A DNA stretch of 64,000 nt from an uncultured delta proteobacterium (GTDB taxonomy: Bacteria; Desulfobacterota; Desulfuromonadia; Desulfuromonadales; BM103). The notes under the pieces are model-generated. The model ran no database searches, was not told where the DNA came from, and saw nothing but the letters and a program-made list of their open reading frames with translations. The DNA lies in the NCBI GenBank assembly GCA_963715335.1, contig CAVQRZ010000019.1:111856-175855 (forward strand), given 5' to 3'. Both the position numbers and the translations under genes were made by a program. This document shows positions 40,254-50,865 of this stretch, one piece after another (the first letter of the stretch is position 1; each line of letters opens with the position of its first letter).

Positions 40254-42017
40254 ATGGCCAAAAAGACCAGTATTGAAGAAGTTCAGCAGCTGATTGACCT
40301 CGGCAAGGAAAAGGGTTTTCTCACCTACGATGAGGTGAACGATATCCTGCCTGCCGATATGGTGTCTTCGGAACAGCTTGACGATGTCATGAGCATGTTC
40401 GGCGAGATGGACATTGAGGTGGTTGACGCGGAGCGGAAATCCACGTCAGGCAAGCAACCGTCGCAGGACTCTGCCAGCAGTGACGACGGCGAGGAAGAGG
40501 CTGAGTTTGACACCGATGTCATGGGCCGCACCAGCGATCCGGTTCGGATGTACTTGCGTGAGATGGGCCAGGTTTCTCTGCTGACCCGTGAAGGCGAAGT
40601 TGAAATCGCCAAACGCATAGAAGAGGGTGAAGCCCTGGTTGCCAGGGTGATTGTCAAGACACCGATTGCCTTCAAGGAGGTCGTCACTCTTGGTGAGCGT
40701 CACCAGAAAGGCCAGATCAGCGTTGCCGAGATCACCAAGGATTATGACGAGGAAGAAGGGAGCGAGGCGGAGGAAAGACACCGTGCGCGCGTCGTCGCTC
40801 TGATCGAGGAGATCAAGACCCGTTACGAACGTTTCATGGCCCTGCGTGATGAAGCTGCCGGGGCGACCAAAACCAAACGCAAGCCTCTTGACAAGGAGAT
40901 GGAAAGTCTCAAAGTTGAGATGGGTGATCTGATGAACCAGATCCGTCTCAAGGATTACCAGATTGCCAAAATTGTCGACCGGCTCAAGGAACTGGCCAAG
41001 CAGGTCAAAAAAGCCAAGCAGGAAGTCAGGGCCTGTGAAGAATCTCTTGACCGTCCCTACGCGGAGCTCAGTAAACTGCTGAGCAAAATGCGTAAAAGCG
41101 AAAACGAAGCCCGTGCCCTGGCCGAAGAGCTCGATCGCCCGATGGACACCCTGCTGGTGATCGAAAAACGCCTGAAGGGGACTGATCGCAAGTTTGCCAA
41201 GGTTGAAGAGGAGTCGGGCTTTGCCCCTGAAGAGCTCCTTGAATCCCTCAAGGAAGTGAACAAGGGTGAGTGGCGTGCCAAGCAGGCCAAGACCGAACTG
41301 GTCGAAGCCAACCTGCGCCTGGTTGTCTCGATCGCCAAAAAATACACGAACCGCGGGCTGCAGTTCCTCGATCTGATCCAGGAAGGCAACATCGGTTTGA
41401 TGAAGGCGGTCGACAAGTTCGAATACCAGCGTGGTTACAAGTTCTCAACCTATGCAACCTGGTGGATCCGCCAGGCGATTACCCGCGCCATAGCCGACCA
41501 GGCCCGCACCATCCGTATCCCGGTGCATATGATCGAAACGATCAACAAGCTGATTCGTACCAGCCGGCAACTGGTGCAGGAGATTGGTCGTGAGCCGACT
41601 CCGGAAGAGATCGCCGAGCGCATGGAGCTGCCGCTTGAAAAAGTGCGCCGGGTTCTGAAAATCGCCAAGGAACCGATCAGCCTGGAAACCCCGATCGGCG
41701 AAGAAGAAGACTCCTCCCTGGGGGATTTCATCGAGGACAAGGGTGTGATTTCGCCCCTCGAGGCAGTTATCAAGGGCAACCTCTCTGACCAGACAGCCAA
41801 GGTCCTCGCGACCCTGACGCCGCGTGAAGAGAGGGTCCTGCGCATGCGTTTCGGGATCGGTGAGAAATCGGACCATACCCTGGAAGAAGTCGGCCAGGAT
41901 TTTGCCGTTACCCGAGAGCGAATTCGCCAGATCGAAGCCAAGGCGCTGCGCAAGTTGCGTCATCCAAGCCGCGCCAAGCGCCTGAAGAGTTTTATGGAGA
42001 CCGGTGGCAACAACTAG
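40254..42017 (+). CDS. rpoD: RNA polymerase sigma factor RpoD
   Basis: [33 protein letters not shown]. Confidence 0.98.
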   Translation: MAKKTSIEEVQQLIDLGKEKGFLTYDEVNDILPADMVSSEQLDDVMSMFGEMDIEVVDAERKSTSGKQPSQDSASSDDGEEEAEFDTDVMGRTSDPVRMYLREMGQVSLLTREGEVEIAKRIEEGEALVARVIVKTPIAFKEVVTLGERHQKGQISVAEITKDYDEEEGSEAEERHRARVVALIEEIKTRYERFMALRDEAAGATKTKRKPLDKEMESLKVEMGDLMNQIRLKDYQIAKIVDRLKELAKQVKKAKQEVRACEESLDRPYAELSKLLSKMRKSENEARALAEELDRPMDTLLVIEKRLKGTDRKFAKVEEESGFAPEELLESLKEVNKGEWRAKQAKTELVEANLRLVVSIAKKYTNRGLQFLDLIQEGNIGLMKAVDKFEYQRGYKFSTYATWWIRQAITRAIADQARTIRIPVHMIETINKLIRTSRQLVQEIGREPTPEEIAERMELPLEKVRRVLKIAKEPISLETPIGEEEDSSLGDFIEDKGVISPLEAVIKGNLSDQTAKVLATLTPREERVLRMRFGIGEKSDHTLEEVGQDFAVTRERIRQIEAKALRKLRHPSRAKRLKSFMETGGNN

Positions 42018-42101
42018 GTTATGGTTGAATTGTTCATGCGGTTGGTAAGTGATACTGATGTTTTGTTTCATCGTTTAGAGAGACCGGGCACTGGAAAGTG
42101 A

Positions 42102-42130
42102 TTGACAGAGAAGAACACGCAACTTACACT
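42102..42130 (+). promoter_or_regulatory. sigma70 promoter of the tRNA
   Basis: TTGACA-17-TACACT. Confidence 0.7.
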
Positions 42131-42148
42131 CCCGGCCTGAACTTTTGC

Positions 42149-42224
42149 GGGCCCATAGCTCAGTTGGAAGAGCCACCGGCTCATAACCGGTCGGTCCCAG
42201 GTTCGAACCCTGGTGGGCCCACCA
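42149..42224 (+). tRNA. tRNA with CAT anticodon, probably tRNA-Ile2 (lysidine)
   Basis: GGGCCCATAGCTCAG...CTCATAA...GGTTCGAA...TGGGCCCACCA; Ile-type acceptor stem. Confidence 0.9.
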
Positions 42225-42324
42225 CCCGCCTCAAAACCATGATCGATGCTTACTGGTTCGGATAGATTTCAAGAGATGTAAGAAGAGTGCAGCCGAAGAC
42301 CGGTTGCACTCTTTTTACGTAGGG

Positions 42325-43452
42325 ATGATGGCAAACAAGGGACAACGCATACAGGATTTGCTCGGCCTGCTTCACAACCTGTACGATCCGGGCCTGGCGG
42401 AGGATTGGGACAATGTCGGTCTGCAGGTTGGTGACCCCAGCGCACCTTTGGAGCGGGTCATGGTGGCGCTGGACCCCTCGCTCGCTGCCGTGCAGGCTGC
42501 CCGCGATGCCGGCGCCCAGGCCCTGGTCACGCATCATCCCCTGCTGTTCCGCCCGATCAAGCGTCTGACCCCTGACGATGCCGTTGGCCTGGTACTCTGG
42601 ACTGCGGTGCACTCCGGGGTCTCGGTTATCAGTGCCCACACCAATCTTGATTGTGCCGAAGACGGGCTCAACAGCTGGCTGGCCCGGCAACTTGGCGTGC
42701 AGGCGCCTGTGCCGCTCCAGCCGATCGCCAGCGAATGTCTCAAGCTGGTAGTTTATGTCCCCGCCGGACACGAATCGCAGGTCGCTGAGGCCCTTTTTGC
42801 CGGTGGTGCAGGACAGATCGGTGCCTACGACCAGTGTTCTTTCCGCAGTCGGGGGGAGGGGACTTTTCGCCCCGGCCCGAAATCGAGCCCTTTTGTCGGT
42901 GAACCGGGGAAGATGGAACAGGTTGAAGAATTCCGGATCGAGACAATCGTTCCCCAGCGCAGGCTGGCGAGGGTGCTTGAGAAGATGCTGAAGGCGCACC
43001 CCTATGAAGAGGTGGCCTATGACCTCTTTCCCCTGCAGAACCATGTGCCTGGCGCCGGGTTAGGCAGGATCGGCAAGCTTGAGCAGACGACGACGCTCGA
43101 TGCGTTTGCCGCCAGCGTCAAGGCCGCCCTCGGCTGCGATCACCTGCGCCTGACCGGCGCCGGTGATTTCCCCGTGCATAAGGTTGCCCTATGTGGAGGC
43201 GCCGGCGCCGGCTTGCTGCAGACAGCCCATCGCCAGGGAGCTGATGTTCTGGTCACCGGTGACGTTAAATACCATGAGGCCCGCCAGGCCGAGGAACTCG
43301 GCCTCGCCCTGATTGATGCCGGCCACTTTGCCACGGAAAAACTGATGACAACGCTGGTCGCAGAGGCATTGAGAAACGCAGCTGGAAAACGGCACTGGGA
43401 GATAGACTTTGTAACATACACTGGTGAGCAGGATCCTTTCCGGTTTTATTAA
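42325..43452 (+). CDS. Nif3-like dinuclear metal centre protein with PII-like insert
   Basis: WDNVGLQVG, THHPL, HTNLD, HPYEEVAYD, DAGHFATE. Confidence 0.95.
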   Translation: MMANKGQRIQDLLGLLHNLYDPGLAEDWDNVGLQVGDPSAPLERVMVALDPSLAAVQAARDAGAQALVTHHPLLFRPIKRLTPDDAVGLVLWTAVHSGVSVISAHTNLDCAEDGLNSWLARQLGVQAPVPLQPIASECLKLVVYVPAGHESQVAEALFAGGAGQIGAYDQCSFRSRGEGTFRPGPKSSPFVGEPGKMEQVEEFRIETIVPQRRLARVLEKMLKAHPYEEVAYDLFPLQNHVPGAGLGRIGKLEQTTTLDAFAASVKAALGCDHLRLTGAGDFPVHKVALCGGAGAGLLQTAHRQGADVLVTGDVKYHEARQAEELGLALIDAGHFATEKLMTTLVAEALRNAAGKRHWEIDFVTYTGEQDPFRFY

Positions 43453-43514
43453 ACAAGCTCGGTCGCCTGCGGGCGGTCGATACAAAGAGACTACTGACAA
43501 GGGAGGCATTTATC

Positions 43515-44225
43515 GTGCAAAAGCAGTTGCAGTTACTGCGTGACTTGCAGGCGTTGGATACTGAAAGGAAGGTCGTTGAGGTCGAACGGCAGGTCGGCTT
43601 CAAAGAGCAGCAGGCCCTCAATGCGGAACTTGAGCGCCTGCAGGAAATGGTCGATAGCCTCACCGACGAGATGGGTGCCCTGGAAAAAGAGCAGAGTGAG
43701 CTGGCCAATGCCATGGCCCTGGAACAGCAGAATATAGAGCGTTCCGAAGGGCGTCTTCCCCAGATCAAAACGCAGAAAGAATATATTGCGGTGCTCAAGG
43801 AAGTGGATACGGCCAAAAAACTTGCCAAGGAACTACAGGATCAAATTGACGCAAAGAATGGGACGCTAGCATCCCTCGGCCTGGAGAAGTCAGAAAAAGA
43901 TGACGAGCTTGCCAAGGCCAAGCAGGAGGCAAGCGAGCGTTGTGCGGCAATTGAGGCCTCACTGGTTTCTGTGATTAAGCAACTCGACGAGATGGAGCGT
44001 CAGCGCAAGGTGCTTATGGAAGGTCTGCCGACAAAGCTGCGCAAGCGTTACGAACTTCTGATGTCGAAACGTGCCGGTGTCGCTATTGTTGAGGCGCGTG
44101 GTGGGGCCTGTCTGGGTTGCCACATGCACCTCCCGCCGCAGATGTTCAACAGCCTGTTCGTCATCAAGGAGATTCAGAGCTGTCCGCATTGCAACCGGCT
44201 GCTTTTTGTCGCTGCGGTGGACTGA
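43515..44225 (+). CDS. Coiled-coil C4 zinc-ribbon protein
   Basis: Coiled coil followed by CLGC...CPHC. Confidence 0.9.
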   Translation: MQKQLQLLRDLQALDTERKVVEVERQVGFKEQQALNAELERLQEMVDSLTDEMGALEKEQSELANAMALEQQNIERSEGRLPQIKTQKEYIAVLKEVDTAKKLAKELQDQIDAKNGTLASLGLEKSEKDDELAKAKQEASERCAAIEASLVSVIKQLDEMERQRKVLMEGLPTKLRKRYELLMSKRAGVAIVEARGGACLGCHMHLPPQMFNSLFVIKEIQSCPHCNRLLFVAAVD

Positions 44226-44243
44226 TAGCAGAACACTTGAAAT

Positions 44244-44647
44244 GTGGTCGGAGATAACCAGGCGATCGCCGCCTGCTGGAGCCTTGTGCGAAAGCGGGGG
44301 GAGGAAAGTCCGGGCTCCACAGGGCAGGATGGTCCTTAACGGGGACCGGGGGCGACCCCAGGGAAAGTGCCACAGAGAGTAGACCGCCCGCCGGGGCTCG
44401 GCCGCGGCGTGGTAAGGGTGAAAGGGTGAGGCAAGAGCTCACCAGTGTCGGCGGTGACGTCGACAGCTCGGTAAACCCCATCCGGAGCAAGGCCAAATAG
44501 GGGAGTGTTTGAGAACGGCCCGTTCGAGACTCCCGGGTCAGGCTGCTTGAGGCCACCGGCAACGGTGGTCCTAGAGGAATGATCGTCAACCCGTTGCGGG
44601 CAACTGCTGCGGGGCACAGAACCCGGCTTACGGTTCTCTCCGACCAC
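44244..44647 (+). ncRNA. rnpB: RNase P RNA, type A
   Basis: GAGGAAAGTCCGGGCTCC, GGAAAGTGCCACAGA, ACAGAACCCGGCTTA; terminal stem gtggtcggaga/tctccgaccac. Confidence 0.97.
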
Positions 44648-44728
44648 TTAATTATCCTGTCTCAATGTGCAGGATCCAGCGGTACCAGGATATCCCGGTG
44701 CCGCTTCTTTCTTGAGTTCCGTCCCGTT

Positions 44729-45277
44729 ATGACCAGAGAACAGAAGATTGACCCCGCCGATTGGCCTGCGCTGTTGCAAAAGCTCGGGGAGGAACTGGTT
44801 GCACTCGACGAGGCAGACCGGCAATGGCTCAGAGACAGGCTCGACTCGATTGCTGCAATCCAGCTGGACCTGGACGATTTCTTTCGACTGGCCGGCGGCG
44901 TGCAGGTGTGTGCCGAATGTAATGGCGCCTGTTGCGGCTGTGGCCGACACCACGTAACCTTGACCAATCTGCTGGCCTATCTGCTGGCCGGTGAGGAGCC
45001 TCCTGCCCCCGATCTCGGCAAGACCTGTCCATACCTCGGTGAACAAGGCTGCCGCCTGCCGGTCTCCCGCCGCCCCTACAACTGCATTACCTTCTTTTGC
45101 GAAGAGTTGGAGGAAAACCTCTCTGAGGAAGGCCGGCAACAGCTGCGTCTCCTCGACCGGCAACTGCGCCAGGAATACCAGGCACTTGCAGAACGCTATC
45201 CATCTGCCAGCCTGCGCGGCATCTGGATCGCCCTCGAGCGAATCGAAAACGGCGATATCCTGTTTACGAAACAGTGA
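44729..45277 (+). CDS. Cys-cluster hypothetical protein (YkgJ-like motifs)
   Basis: CAECNGACCGC...CPYL...GCRL...RPYNCITFFC. Confidence 0.75.
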   Translation: MTREQKIDPADWPALLQKLGEELVALDEADRQWLRDRLDSIAAIQLDLDDFFRLAGGVQVCAECNGACCGCGRHHVTLTNLLAYLLAGEEPPAPDLGKTCPYLGEQGCRLPVSRRPYNCITFFCEELEENLSEEGRQQLRLLDRQLRQEYQALAERYPSASLRGIWIALERIENGDILFTKQ

Positions 45278-45333
45278 GCCAGGGGCCGGAAGTCATGGTA
45301 GAATGTACCCCCAATACTATCGAAGGAACCGTC

Positions 45334-46362
45334 ATGGATATCAGTTTTAAAAAGACCAACGGTCGACTGGATGAGCTTATTGAAGAGATCCTCGCAATGG
45401 CCGAGGTGCATCACCCGAACATCATCCGCGAGATGGTGATCAGCGCCCTGAAGACCGGCCAGGAAAATGATTACCTGGCTGACCTGAAGATGCTGCGCGC
45501 CACCATGAAGGAGATGCGTTATACCAGCAAGATGTTCGGCCCCTATCGCGAGCGCAAGAAGGTGACGATCTTCGGTTCGGCCCGAACCGCGCCGAACGAG
45601 GAGAGTTACAAGAAGTGCGTGATTTTCTCCAGGCAGCTGGTTCGTCTCGGCTATATGGTGATCACCGGCGGCGGCCCGGGTATCATGCAGGCGGGCAATG
45701 AAGGAGCCGGGGCCGACAATTCCTTTGCCGTGAACATCCGTCTACCCTTTGAACAGGGGACCAACCCGGTTATGGAAAACAGCGGCCATACCATCACCTA
45801 CCAGTATTTTTTCAACCGGAAGGTGGCTTTCTTGAAGGAAGCTGACGCGGTCGCCCTCTTCCCCGGTGGTTTCGGAACGCTGGATGAGGCCATGGAAACG
45901 CTGACCCTGGTGCAGACCGGTAAGAACCCGCCCATTCCGCTGGTTCTGATCGATGACGATGATGGCAGCTACTGGGAACCCTGGTTTGATTTTGTCAAGA
46001 AGGTTATGCTGAAACGCGGCTTGATCTCCGGGGAGGATTTCAGCCTCTTCACGATCACCCGCGACCCATTCGAGGCGGCACAAATTATCGATGATTTTTA
46101 CCGGAACTACCATTCCAGCAGGTGGGTGGGGTCAACCTACGTGATCCGCCTTAACAAACCGCTGACCGCAGGGAACCTGGCCGTGCTTGAAGAGGAGTTC
46201 AGCGAAATCATCGAGCCCGGAAGCCACCTCGAGATAACCGGGGCTTTACCGGAAGAACAGGACCAGCCCGACCTTGTTGACCTGCCGCGCCTGGTTTTCC
46301 AGTTCAACCGGCGTAATTACGGCCTGCTCAAGGCGTTCCTGCGCAGGTTGAATGCCTTTTAA
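45334..46362 (+). CDS. LOG family protein
   Basis: IFGSAR, TGGGPGIM, FPGGFGTLDE. Confidence 0.93.
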   Translation: MDISFKKTNGRLDELIEEILAMAEVHHPNIIREMVISALKTGQENDYLADLKMLRATMKEMRYTSKMFGPYRERKKVTIFGSARTAPNEESYKKCVIFSRQLVRLGYMVITGGGPGIMQAGNEGAGADNSFAVNIRLPFEQGTNPVMENSGHTITYQYFFNRKVAFLKEADAVALFPGGFGTLDEAMETLTLVQTGKNPPIPLVLIDDDDGSYWEPWFDFVKKVMLKRGLISGEDFSLFTITRDPFEAAQIIDDFYRNYHSSRWVGSTYVIRLNKPLTAGNLAVLEEEFSEIIEPGSHLEITGALPEEQDQPDLVDLPRLVFQFNRRNYGLLKAFLRRLNAF

Positions 46363-46644
46363 AAGATGACGTCGCGCGGTTTGTCGAAAAAGTTATGACG
46401 ACAGCCCCAAAAGTTATGCAAGGTGTTTCCTGCGGATCTTTCTCGCCGGTTTCAGCTCTGGCGTGAGCGGTGGAGCACGTCCCTGGTGACACACCGGTTG
46501 GGCTGACCAAGGGCCTTATTCCGGCTGTCTTTTTGCATGTCGAGCCGTTTTTTTATTTATCTATACCGACCAATTTGTTTATGCTAGTGTAGCGAGCCTT
46601 GCCCCCGGCAAGACATCCGTTACAATGATGAACAGAGGTGTGAA

Positions 46645-46960
46645 ATGTTTGAAGCAATGAGTGGCATGGTCTGTTTTGTGACCGTTACGGTAAGCCTGCT
46701 TTACGGCACGAGGATAAGCTGGCTCTGTGGCAAGAGGTGTGCCTTCAAGGAGCAGCCCTGAAATTAAAAGACAAGCCCTGTCTGAAAGTGTCCCGGCTGC
46801 GATTGCGGTCTATTTTTTCGGTCTCGTGGTCCTCTACAGCTACTTTATGAACGGCTTCGTGCTCGTCCTCGTGGCCTCGGTAATCAGTGCTGTAATCCTG
46901 GCGATCATGGTGGTTTCGATGGCGATGCCAGAACTGAGACGCAACCCCCTCAACAAGTAA
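46645..46960 (+). other. Small membrane protein gene, apparently frameshifted near 46750
   Basis: gaggtg RBS and ATG give a 38-aa hydrophobic ORF; two further TM segments continue in the +1 frame to TAA 46960. Confidence 0.45.
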
Positions 46961-46990
46961 TCACCCGTTCACGATAACCACGCAAACAGC

Positions 46991-47024
46991 AATGGCCACC
47001 CGGCAGTCACTCCGGGGGGCCATT
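46991..47024. terminator. Hairpin, copy 1 of a pair flanking the YeiH gene
   Basis: aatggccacccgg...ccggggggccatt. Confidence 0.6.
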
Positions 47025-47069
47025 TTATATTTTTGGCGAGACCGTAACGCCGCGACCAAGCTCTTCGGC

Positions 47070-48011
47070 TTATCGAATATAATCCCCCATGATCAGACCG
47101 AGGGTTGTCACACTCACCACAACCCAGAGCAACATTCCCAGCAGCAATGGTTTCATCCCCACCTGGGCCAGAACGTTCCTGGTCAATCCGGCGCCGATCA
47201 GAAACAGCGTCATGACCAGCGCCTGTTTGGCGATGACATGCAGGGTGTGCCACAGAAAATCAAATGCGGGCAGCCAGGAACTGACGAATGCGGCGGCTAC
47301 GAAGCCGATGATAAAAAGCGGGATTCCGGTTCTTTCTCCGGATTTGAGCAAAACGTTTGCGGCCAGGGTGCAGGGTGCGATCCAGAGCGCTCTGGTCAGT
47401 TTGACGGTTGTGCCAACCGCCAGCGCAGCGGCGCCATACGATGCGGCGGCGCCGACAACGCTGCTGGTGTCATGAATCGCCAGGGCGGCCCATAGGCCGA
47501 ACTGCTGCTGGCTCAGGTTAAACAGCTGTCCGAGCGGCGGGAAGAGGAGCAGGGCGAGAGCGTTCAGGGTGAAAACGGTTGCCAGGGAAACGGCAATTTC
47601 CCGGTCCTTTGCCTTGATAACCGGGGCCATCGCGGCGATCGCGCTGCCGCCACAGATTGCGGTGCCGAAGGCAACCAGCGTTCGGGTATTTGGCGGGACT
47701 TTCATGGCCCGACCGAGGATTTCACCCAGGCCGATGATTGCCGTGATGCTGATCAGGGTGAGTGCCAGGGAACTGGCCCCCACTTCGACGACTTCGTTGA
47801 AATTAATGCCGAAACCAAGCCCGATCACCGAGAGCTTGAGCAGGCCCTTGCCTGCTCTGGAGGTTTGATCAGGGAGTGGGTTGCCGATGAAAAAACTGAA
47901 GATGAAACCCGCCAAAAGGGCTACAGGTGAAGAGACCATCGGCAGCGCCGTCAGCAGGAACAGGCCAACAAATACGGCACTGCGGATATTCTGGCTGTTA
48001 TCGGAGTTCAT
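47070..48011 (-). CDS. YeiH / putative sulfate exporter family transporter
   Basis: GTAICGGSAIAA, AIHDTSSVVGA, VKLTRALWI. Confidence 0.9.
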   Translation of the reverse strand: MNSDNSQNIRSAVFVGLFLLTALPMVSSPVALLAGFIFSFFIGNPLPDQTSRAGKGLLKLSVIGLGFGINFNEVVEVGASSLALTLISITAIIGLGEILGRAMKVPPNTRTLVAFGTAICGGSAIAAMAPVIKAKDREIAVSLATVFTLNALALLLFPPLGQLFNLSQQQFGLWAALAIHDTSSVVGAAASYGAAALAVGTTVKLTRALWIAPCTLAANVLLKSGERTGIPLFIIGFVAAAFVSSWLPAFDFLWHTLHVIAKQALVMTLFLIGAGLTRNVLAQVGMKPLLLGMLLWVVVSVTTLGLIMGDYIR

Positions 48012-48069
48012 GTTGTCTCGCGTGTCCCGAAACATCTCCTGGAGAGAGGCAACCCCTGCTGGAATAAAG

Positions 48070-48103
48070 AATGGCCACCCGGCAGGAAAACCGGATGACC
48101 ATT
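48070..48103. terminator. Hairpin, copy 2, downstream of lpdA
   Basis: aatggccacccggcag...ccggatgaccatt. Confidence 0.55.
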
Positions 48104-48156
48104 GGCTCTGCAAGCATTAGATGCAGTATCAGGATCAATCAGTGGCCGCTGATTGA

Positions 48157-49566
48157 TCATCCATGCACGGCCTTGCCAAAGGCACCGAGCGCTGCCTCCT
48201 TGAAGGCCTCGCTGAGGGTCGGGTGGGCGTGCATGGTCAGCGCTACATCTTCGATACTGCCGCCAAAGGACATGACGGTAACCGCTTCACTGATCAGTTC
48301 CGAAGCGCAGGGCCCGATGATGTGCACGCCGAGAATCCGGCCGCTGTCCGGGTTGGCCAGGACCTTGACGAAACCGTCGACATTATCCATGGCGCGGGCG
48401 CGACCACTGGCCATAAAGGAGAAGCGACCGACTTTGTACGGTGTGCCCGCATCTTTGAGCTGCCCTTCAGTGGGCCCAATCGACGCAGCCTCGGGATGGG
48501 TGTAGACAACACCCGGGATCAGGCTGTAGTCGACAGCAGGATCTTCTCCGGCGAGGCGTTCGGCGAAGACAACACCTTCGTCCATCGCCTTGTGGGCAAG
48601 CATCGGACCATGGATCAAATCGCCGATAGCGTAGATATTCGCCGCACTGGTCTGGTAGTTGTCGTCGACGATGATGCGTCCGGTCTCATCGAGCTTGACG
48701 CCCGCCTTGTCGAGAGCCAGGCCGTCCGTGCACGGTTTGCGTCCGGCTGCGACCAGCACCTTGTCACAGGTGAGGGTCTGTTCAGCCTTGCCTTCCAGCT
48801 TGAGGGTGACACCGCTGTCACTGGTTTCCATGTTGACGACCCTGGTGCCGGCATGAATGGTCATCCCCTGTTTCTGCAGGCTCTTCAGCAGCGCTTCGGT
48901 GACTTCCTGATCGGTGCCGGGGAGCATCTTCTCAAGCATTTCCACTACGGTGACTTTCGCGCCGAGCCGCAACCAGACCGAGCCGAGCTCCAGGCCGATA
49001 TAGCCGCCACCGATCACGACCAGGTGCTCGGGGACCGAGTCGTAGCCAAGGGCGTCACGGGCCTGACCAACCTGGCTGCCGTCCTGGGGGAGGCTGGGGA
49101 TATCGACGGCGACGCTGCCGGTCGCCAGCAGGACGCGCTTGCCCTGCAGGGCCTGCTCCCCTGCCTCGGTCGTTGCAACAACTGACTGGGAGCCGTCGGG
49201 CGATGGGGCGCCGAGTCGACCGGTGCCGGTGACCAGGGTGATCTTGTTCTTCTTGAACAGGCTGGCAATGCCGCGAGTCAGCCGGGTGATAATTTCTTCC
49301 TTGCGCTGCATCATCTTGCCCAGGTCCAAGGTCGGTGGGTCCAGCATGATGCCGTGCCCTGCGAACTTGTCGCGGGCCTGGACAAAAAGCTCGCTCGAAT
49401 CCAGCAGCGCCTTGCTCGGGATGCATCCCTCGTTGAGGCAGGTGCCGCCAAGGGCGTTGCGCTTCTCGATGACAGCCACGGAAGAGCCTAGCTGGGCTGC
49501 ACGGATTGCGGCAACATAGCCGCCGGGGCCGCCACCGATGACGATCAGGTCATAAACATTACTCAT
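48157..49566 (-). CDS. lpdA: Dihydrolipoyl dehydrogenase
   Basis: GGTCLNEGCIPSK, HAHPTLSE. Confidence 0.97.
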   Translation of the reverse strand: MSNVYDLIVIGGGPGGYVAAIRAAQLGSSVAVIEKRNALGGTCLNEGCIPSKALLDSSELFVQARDKFAGHGIMLDPPTLDLGKMMQRKEEIITRLTRGIASLFKKNKITLVTGTGRLGAPSPDGSQSVVATTEAGEQALQGKRVLLATGSVAVDIPSLPQDGSQVGQARDALGYDSVPEHLVVIGGGYIGLELGSVWLRLGAKVTVVEMLEKMLPGTDQEVTEALLKSLQKQGMTIHAGTRVVNMETSDSGVTLKLEGKAEQTLTCDKVLVAAGRKPCTDGLALDKAGVKLDETGRIIVDDNYQTSAANIYAIGDLIHGPMLAHKAMDEGVVFAERLAGEDPAVDYSLIPGVVYTHPEAASIGPTEGQLKDAGTPYKVGRFSFMASGRARAMDNVDGFVKVLANPDSGRILGVHIIGPCASELISEAVTVMSFGGSIEDVALTMHAHPTLSEAFKEAALGAFGKAVHG

Positions 49567-49584
49567 AATTTGCTCCGCAAATTA

Positions 49585-49615
49585 GAAGCGCGAAACGCGA
49601 AGTGCGAAACGCGGA
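49585..49615. repeat. Heptamer tandem repeat (CGAAACG/CGAAGTG)
   Basis: sucB/lpdA junction; shares gaaacgcgaagtgcg with 2998-3012. Confidence 0.7.
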
Positions 49616-49622
49616 AAATCAA

Positions 49623-50861
49623 TTAAAGCTCAAGGAACAACTCCGAGGGGTCCTCGATATATTCCTTGATCAGCTTGAGGAAACCGACCGCTTCGCGGCC
49701 GTCGATCAGGCGATGATCGTAGCTCAAAGCCAGGTTCATGATTGGACGGACAACGATTTCACCGTCGATGACCACCGGACGGTCCTGGATTGAGTGCATG
49801 CCGAGGACTCCACATTGCGGCGGATTGATGATCGGCGTGCTCAGTAGCGACCCGTAAACACCGCCGTTGGTGATGGTGAATGTGCCTCCCTCAAGGTCAG
49901 CAAGGGTCAGCTTGCGGGCATTGGCCTTGGCAGCGAGGTCGGCGATCTGCTGCTCGATTTCGGCGAAGGTCAGTTGATCCGCGTCGCGCAGAACCGGGAC
50001 CACCAGCCCGCGCTCCGTGCCGACGGCTATGCCGATATCATAGTAGTGATGGTGGACAATGTCGGTGCCGTCGATGCGCGCATTGACCGCAGGATATTGC
50101 CTGAGGGCCTCGATGCTGGCCTTGACAAAGAACGACATCATGCCGAGCTTGATGCCGTGTCTCTTGGTGAAATGCTCCTGGTGTCGGCCGCGCAGCTTCT
50201 TCACCCACGACATGTCCGCTTCGTTGAAAGTCGTCAGCATGGCGGTCTGCTGGCGTGCCTGCAGCAGGCGCGCAGCGATGCGTTGACGAATCGGCGTCAT
50301 CGCCTGGCGGGTCACCGGCCGACCGTCATCCGTTGCTCCGGCTGCGGCCGGTTCGGCTTTTGGTGTTTGCTGTTCGCCTTGTGCTTCCTGAAGCGGTTTC
50401 GAGGCCTCAACCGGTTTAGTGTGAGCGAGGACATCGTCTAGGATGACTCTGCCGCCGCGCCCACTGCCGGCCACCTTGTCAAGATTGATGCCGCGCTCTT
50501 TCGCCTTTTGGCGCGCCGCCGGATTGACGGGCGCAGCCGTCGCCTGCTCCGGTGTGGCCGCTGTCTGCTCTGTCTCTGGCCCTGCAGGCGGCTGCTCTGC
50601 CGCCGGCTCAGTCGCCGGCGTTGCGGTGATCTCGCCTTCTTCGATAGTGGCGATTACAGTGCCGATTGGCACCGTCTCGCCGACCGGGACGATGATATGC
50701 AGGATGCCGGAGGCCTCGGCGTTCAACTCGACATTGACCTTGTCGGTCTCCAATTCGCAAATGATCTCGTCCTTGGCGACCGCAGCGCCATCGGCCTTGA
50801 TCCAGTTGGCAACCATGGCTTCGAGGATCGATTCGCCGACTTCTGGGATTTTTATCTCCAT
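49623..50861 (-). CDS. sucB: 2-oxoglutarate dehydrogenase E2
   Basis: ETDKV lipoyl domain, [18 protein letters not shown]. Confidence 0.97.
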   Translation of the reverse strand: MEIKIPEVGESILEAMVANWIKADGAAVAKDEIICELETDKVNVELNAEASGILHIIVPVGETVPIGTVIATIEEGEITATPATEPAAEQPPAGPETEQTAATPEQATAAPVNPAARQKAKERGINLDKVAGSGRGGRVILDDVLAHTKPVEASKPLQEAQGEQQTPKAEPAAAGATDDGRPVTRQAMTPIRQRIAARLLQARQQTAMLTTFNEADMSWVKKLRGRHQEHFTKRHGIKLGMMSFFVKASIEALRQYPAVNARIDGTDIVHHHYYDIGIAVGTERGLVVPVLRDADQLTFAEIEQQIADLAAKANARKLTLADLEGGTFTITNGGVYGSLLSTPIINPPQCGVLGMHSIQDRPVVIDGEIVVRPIMNLALSYDHRLIDGREAVGFLKLIKEYIEDPSELFLEL

Positions 50862-50865
50862 TTAT

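Noticed and set aside
44164..44647. ORFs overlapping 44164-44647
   Set aside because: The region is the RNase P RNA gene
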